A stretch of DNA of 64,000 nt, taken from NCBI GenBank assembly GCA_044222185.1, contig JBGANV010000004.1:384001-448000 (forward strand). Reading direction: 5' to 3'. This document shows positions 59,332 through 64,000 of the stretch, one piece after another. The translations under genes were made by a program, and so were the position numbers. The stretch is from Planctomycetota bacterium. GTDB lineage: Bacteria > Planctomycetota > GCA-002687715 > CAIWVZ01. The stretch's first letter is position 1. The number at the start of each line of letters is the position of its first letter. The notes beneath the pieces were generated by a model. That model did no database searches. It saw only the letters and a list, made by a program, of their open reading frames with translations, and was not told where the DNA came from.

Positions 59332-61254
59332 CTACTTGCCGGAATCGTCCGGATCGTCGCCCGGCCGCGAGTCGACTTTGCGCGGCGGGTCGAGCCGGAT
59401 CGTCACGGTCGCGCCGTTTTCGGGGATTTTGAAGTCCGGCGAGTCGAAACGGCGGCCATTACCGTCGACGACGGTGAGCCGGACGACAGTCGCGTACAGG
59501 CCGGTCACGACTGCGCGGCCATCGATGACCCTCTGGAAGAATGACGACGGCGATTCCCCGCGCGCGCACTCGAGATAACACGACCCGGACTTGACTGGTT
59601 CTCCGTGTTCGTCGATCACGGCCAGTGTGAAGCCGTGCGAAGGCGGAAGCGTCGGGATGAGTGTCCGTGCCGCTCCGGGCGGCAGGGTGACCCGTTGCGA
59701 CCACAGGGCTTCGCCCAAGAGGCTGTCATACACCTCGACGATCCATTCCGTCTTCGGGCGTACGAACACTCCACCCCAGCCGTCACCGAATTGCATGTCC
59801 GCCGCGACACTCGGGTCGGTCCCTGTCACGCGGACCACGCACGGCGTCGGGCCGAGTGTGCTTTCGGGCAGTGGGATGTTCAGGCGTGCGTACCGCTGAA
59901 CGACGACCACATGTTCCGAGACATCAGCCGGCGTGAGCTCGACCATCTCGCGTGCCGCCATGCGTTCATCCACCCACACCCGACATGGCGCGAGGACCAT
60001 CGCATCCGTACGCCCATCGGGGTCGGTCGGCCGCGCGCAAACCCTGTGAGTGGTTTCGCCGGGCGGCGCCTCGCTTTTGATTTCATACACCTCTGCGCCT
60101 TCGACTGGCTCCCCCCGGTCATCGACGACCACGATCGGGACGCGGCTGGGCATCGTCACGACGATGTCGGCCAGATCTCGCGCGCGCATGTCGACGAGTC
60201 CGATCGGGACGGTGTTCAGCGACAACGGTTCACGCGTGCAGCGATACTCGAACCGAAGTGTGCCGAGACCCATCGGGACATCGCCGAGCGGGAAGCGGAA
60301 CGTCCCATCGGATGGCGGTTCCGTCGTGTACCGCTTCCGCGTTTCGTCTGCGCACTCGATCGCGAGTTCGACCGTGACCTTCCCGGCGACGGGCGAGCCT
60401 GTACTTGCATCCACCAGTCGGCCGTGCAGCACCGGCTCGGGTTGGACTGGAATCGTCGCGGCCGCTGCCGCGGCAGACAGCTTCAGGCATCGACCGTGGA
60501 GCGTCAGCCCGTCGGTCCCCGTGGCGAGGATGTGCGGCGGATCCACGTAGACGTCGAGTTCATCCGTTGGGTCGACTTCTTCGATCGAGAACGTCCCGTC
60601 GTTTTCAGTCCAGCCGCTCGATGACACCGGCGGGCGCCGCGGGTCTCCATCGGGCCCACGGTGAACGGTTGCGTGCCAGGACACCGGCTGGTCCGGCGGC
60701 TTTCCCTCCACCGTGAACGCCGCCGTGAAGGCGTGACCGATCGGAACCACGACGCGCCGGCGTGTTGCGCCTTCGGCCAGCGGCTCGCGGAAAACCCGCA
60801 TGCCATGGGCCGCGTTCAGCGCGATCTCGATGGTGTTCGGTCCCGCTCCCGGCTCGACCCAGGCGACGCCGTGGTCGTCGGTCCATTCCTGGTCCGGCAG
60901 TCCCACGTCCGCCGGCACCTCCGGCACGAGCCGCACGAGCATGTTGGCCACGGGCTTGCCGTCGGCGAACACGGCCTCGATGCGAACCTTGCCCTCGGTC
61001 TCGGCCTCGCCGCCATCGGCCGTGAGCTGATCCAGCGAGTCATCGAAGGGAATGGCGGTCACGACCGGTGCGGTCGGCGCCGGACGTGAGGCGGGCCTGG
61101 GCGCACGTCGTGGCGGGCCTGGGATCTGCGGGGCCGCATTCGGCAGCCGCGGCCGGACCGACGGGCTCGCCCCCTCGGGCGGGACGAGCAGCCACACGGC
61201 CACCGCCGCGGCAGCGAGGATGAGTGCCAGAACCGCCAGAATCCGGATGCCCAT
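59332..61254 (-). CDS. membrane-anchored carboxypeptidase-regulatory-like repeat protein
   Basis: N-terminal TM + Pro-rich linker; TDDHG, GRLVDASTGSPV, VVDDRGEPVEGA, VIDEHGEPV repeats. Confidence 0.75.
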   Translation of the reverse strand: MGIRILAVLALILAAAAVAVWLLVPPEGASPSVRPRLPNAAPQIPGPPRRAPRPASRPAPTAPVVTAIPFDDSLDQLTADGGEAETEGKVRIEAVFADGKPVANMLVRLVPEVPADVGLPDQEWTDDHGVAWVEPGAGPNTIEIALNAAHGMRVFREPLAEGATRRRVVVPIGHAFTAAFTVEGKPPDQPVSWHATVHRGPDGDPRRPPVSSSGWTENDGTFSIEEVDPTDELDVYVDPPHILATGTDGLTLHGRCLKLSAAAAAATIPVQPEPVLHGRLVDASTGSPVAGKVTVELAIECADETRKRYTTEPPSDGTFRFPLGDVPMGLGTLRFEYRCTREPLSLNTVPIGLVDMRARDLADIVVTMPSRVPIVVVDDRGEPVEGAEVYEIKSEAPPGETTHRVCARPTDPDGRTDAMVLAPCRVWVDERMAAREMVELTPADVSEHVVVVQRYARLNIPLPESTLGPTPCVVRVTGTDPSVAADMQFGDGWGGVFVRPKTEWIVEVYDSLLGEALWSQRVTLPPGAARTLIPTLPPSHGFTLAVIDEHGEPVKSGSCYLECARGESPSSFFQRVIDGRAVVTGLYATVVRLTVVDGNGRRFDSPDFKIPENGATVTIRLDPPRKVDSRPGDDPDDSGK

Positions 61255-61463
61255 GGAAGTCGCCCCACCAGACGTCGGAACGCGATCATGGTGACGAGGG
61301 TGCCGATGTGGGCCGCCTGAGTCCTTTGGCGACCCCGGATCCGCGCAGAAAGTCCGTCGCCGGACCCTGTCGGCAGCGGCGGGGAGGTTGGTAGCGTGGC
61401 GCCCCGCCAAGGCCGGCGATCGGCTTTGCCCGCGGGACCTTCCAACCCGCTCCCGGAGCCTCC

Positions 61464-62648
61464 ATGCGTCGCGTCGTCATCACGCATGCCGTTCGGACCC
61501 CGATCGGCAAGTTCCTGGGCCAGTTCAGCGACGTCTCCGCCGTGGATCTCGGCGTCGCGGCGATCACCGGCCTGCTGAAGGGCGCCGGCGTGCCGGCCAC
61601 CGCCGTCGACATGTCGATCCTGGGGTGCGCCCGCCAGGCCGCTCTCGGTCCCAACCCCGGTCGCCAGGCCGCCGTACGCGCCGGCATCCCCGTGGAGAAG
61701 CCGGCCTGGACGATCAACCTGGCGTGCGGTTCCGGGCTGTGGGCCGTCGTCCAGGCGGCGCAGAACATCCAACTCGGGGACGCCGACGTCGTCCTGTGCG
61801 GCGGGTTCGAGAACATGACCCGCGTGCCGTTCCTCCTGCCGCAGATGCGGAAGGGCTATCGGATGGGCCATTCGCCGCTCGTCGACGGCATGTACCAGGA
61901 CGGGTTCCACTGCCCGCTGGCGAACCAGCTCATGGGGGAGACGGCCGACACTCTCGCCCGCCAGTATTCGATCTCCCGCGAGGAGCAGGACGCCTACGCC
62001 GTCCGCTCCCAGAACCGGTACGAGGCGGCGAAGAAGAAGAACCTCTGGCGGGACGAGATCGTTCCCGTCGCCGTGCCTCAGAAATCGGGTCCGGTGACGG
62101 TGGAGGTCGACGAGCATCCGCGTGATGGCGTGACGGCCCCAGACCTCGCCAAGCTCGGGCCGGTATTCGACCCGAAGAACGGCTTCGTGACGGCGGGCAA
62201 CGCGTCGGGGATCGCCGACGGGGCGGCGGCCGTGCTCGTCATGTCCGAGGACGCGGCGAAGGCGCGCGGGCTGAAGCCGCTGGCGGTCATCGAGGGATGG
62301 CAGGCGGCGGGTGTGGATCCCAAGGTGATGGGGCTCGGCCCCGTGCCCGCGACGCGGAAGCTCATGGACAAGCTCGGTCGCAAGGTCGACCAGTACGACG
62401 TCATCGAGCTGAACGAGGCATTCGCGGCGCAGGTCATCGCGTGCGACCGCGAGCTCCACCTCGATCCGGAGCGAGTGAACGTCAACGGCGGGTCGATCGC
62501 CATCGGGCATCCGATCGGATGCACGGGGGCGCGAATCGTGAGCACGCTGCTGCGCGAGGCGCGGCGGCGCGCGGCGCGGCTTGCGCTCGCGACGCTGTGC
62601 ATCAGCGGCGGGCAGGGGATCTCGGTGTCGTTCGAGATGGTCAGATGA
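61464..62648 (+). CDS. acetyl-CoA acetyltransferase (thiolase)
   Basis: RTPIGKF, INLACGSGL, TAGNASGIADGAA, NEAFAAQ, GHPIGCTG, LCISGGQG. Confidence 0.96.
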   Translation: MRRVVITHAVRTPIGKFLGQFSDVSAVDLGVAAITGLLKGAGVPATAVDMSILGCARQAALGPNPGRQAAVRAGIPVEKPAWTINLACGSGLWAVVQAAQNIQLGDADVVLCGGFENMTRVPFLLPQMRKGYRMGHSPLVDGMYQDGFHCPLANQLMGETADTLARQYSISREEQDAYAVRSQNRYEAAKKKNLWRDEIVPVAVPQKSGPVTVEVDEHPRDGVTAPDLAKLGPVFDPKNGFVTAGNASGIADGAAAVLVMSEDAAKARGLKPLAVIEGWQAAGVDPKVMGLGPVPATRKLMDKLGRKVDQYDVIELNEAFAAQVIACDRELHLDPERVNVNGGSIAIGHPIGCTGARIVSTLLREARRRAARLALATLCISGGQGISVSFEMVR

Positions 62649-62891
62649 ACGGCGCGGGGGAGTGCGGGCTCGGCAGCGGAGGCGGTGTGATGATCGGAGG
62701 GGCGGTCGGCGGGACGATGTCGGCCGGACCGGTCCTCCTCGCTTCGCTGCGGTGGACCGGCGATCCTGCCGCTCGCCGGCGCTGTGCGCCGCTCGAGTGG
62801 CGCTCCGTCGGTTCGCGACGGTCGAGCCGGACTTCGCGCTTTCAGCAATCGTTTTCCGTGTGATTCGTCAAACCCAAATCAAACACCAGCC

Positions 62892-63884
62892 ATGAAAACT
62901 CGAGCGATCATTCCCGTGCTTCTGTTCCTGGTCAGCGTCTCACCCGTGCGCGCGCAAGGCGGCGGCGAGACCCGGTCGCCCGGCTACGCGATCACCCTCT
63001 CATCGCCTCGCACGTTCATCGCCGGCTTCGAGTCACTTCCGCTGAAACTCACGGTGACGAACGAGTCGAAGGCGCCGTCGATGACGCTGAAGCGCGGCGA
63101 CCTGGTGACGGCGAAGTCGTTCATCGGCGCAGGCTACGACCGCAAGGGGCAATGGATGCGGGTCGAATCGGAAGCCGGATCCGGAAGCGTCGATCTCCTC
63201 CCTGGCGAGACCTGGTCGACGAACGTGCAACTGGCGTTGCCCGAGGCCGTGGCCAAGAACCCGGGGCCCGTCACCGTTCAGTGGATCGGCAACGGGGACA
63301 TGAAGGACATCCGCAGCAACGAGCTCACCGTCTCGATCCGCGTGGAGAAGAACCCGGTCGTCACCCTCGAGACGACGGAGGGCCCCATCGTCTTCGAGCT
63401 GTGGCCCGAGAAGGCGCCGAACCACGTCGCCAACCTGGTTTCGTTGGCCCGCGCGGGTTTCTACGACGGCCTCTCGTTCCACCGCGTGATCTCGGGGTTC
63501 ATGATCCAGACCGGTTGTCCCAAGGGCGACGGCATGGGTGACCCGGGCTACAAGATCCCCGCCGAGTTCAACGAGGAAACCTTCGTGAAGGGAACCATCG
63601 GCATGGCGCGCCGTGGTGACAGCGTGGACTCGGCCGGCAGCCAGTTCTTCATCTGCGTCGCGGATCGCAAGGATCTGGACAAGCAATACACGGCCTTCGG
63701 CAAGGTGCTCGAAGGTCAGGACACGGCGGACAAGATCTCGAACGTCCCGCGCGACACCGAACACGGCGACAAGCCGTTCAAGCCGGTGCTCATGCGCAAG
63801 GTGACGGTCGCTACGCCGCCCGACTACAAACTGCCCGAAATCAAGAAGGTGGGCGCCGTCGCCGCCGAGACCAAGAAAGGGTGA
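62892..63884 (+). CDS. secreted cyclophilin-type peptidyl-prolyl isomerase with N-terminal beta domain
   Basis: Signal peptide; APNHVAN, FYDGLSFHRVISGFMIQTG, GMAR, SAGSQFFI, YTAFGKV. Confidence 0.92.
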   Translation: MKTRAIIPVLLFLVSVSPVRAQGGGETRSPGYAITLSSPRTFIAGFESLPLKLTVTNESKAPSMTLKRGDLVTAKSFIGAGYDRKGQWMRVESEAGSGSVDLLPGETWSTNVQLALPEAVAKNPGPVTVQWIGNGDMKDIRSNELTVSIRVEKNPVVTLETTEGPIVFELWPEKAPNHVANLVSLARAGFYDGLSFHRVISGFMIQTGCPKGDGMGDPGYKIPAEFNEETFVKGTIGMARRGDSVDSAGSQFFICVADRKDLDKQYTAFGKVLEGQDTADKISNVPRDTEHGDKPFKPVLMRKVTVATPPDYKLPEIKKVGAVAAETKKG

Positions 63885-63887
63885 GCC

Positions 63888-64000
63888 ATGCGCACCTGTG
63901 AGAACCTCCTCCTCGAACGCGACGGCGGCGTCCTCGTCGTCAAGATCAACCGGCCGGCGAAGCTGAACGCTCTCTCGCGCGCGACGCTCCAAGAGATCCG
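63888..64000 (+). CDS. enoyl-CoA hydratase/crotonase, N-terminus (runs off window end)
   Basis: MRTCENLLLERDGGVLVVKINRPAKLNALS... Confidence 0.8.
   Translation, partial: MRTCENLLLERDGGVLVVKINRPAKLNALSRATLQEI

Overview
This is a 64 kb, very GC-rich chromosomal window. Its gene repertoire (ECF sigma/Ser-Thr kinase pair, carboxypeptidase-regulatory-like and prenyltransferase-like repeat proteins, sdhCAB) suggests an uncultured Planctomycetota lineage; this assignment is an inference. Housekeeping genes include acyl-CoA dehydrogenases, MeaB plus a B12-binding mutase subunit, sdhCAB, ubiX, rnz, a NatAB-like ABC pair, thiolase, cyclophilin and a crotonase. They are interleaved with many secreted proteins and an eight-gene TonB operon (beta-helix protein, TPR-like protein, TBDR, DUF3450, long ExbB, ExbD, TonB, TPR). 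The main points of interest are: (1) one ORF fusing a DUF222-like/HNH endonuclease to a full RuvB-like AAA+ motor, with no ruvA/ruvC nearby, altered DNA-binding wing residues, and a palindrome bracketing the HNH module; (2) a selenocysteine-encoding selD, with in-frame UGA and SECIS-like hairpin, truncated in the ORF track; (3) a shared C-terminal beta-rich domain on four unrelated secreted proteins, a candidate sorting or anchoring signal; (4) two AAA-DUF4143 paralogues with reciprocal motif losses and a shared upstream motif; (5) a trypsin-fold pseudo-protease, a decayed ECF fusion gene and a REP-like repeat array. No rRNA, tRNA, CRISPR array or IS transposase was recognised. All assignments come from motif recognition by eye; no database searches were run.
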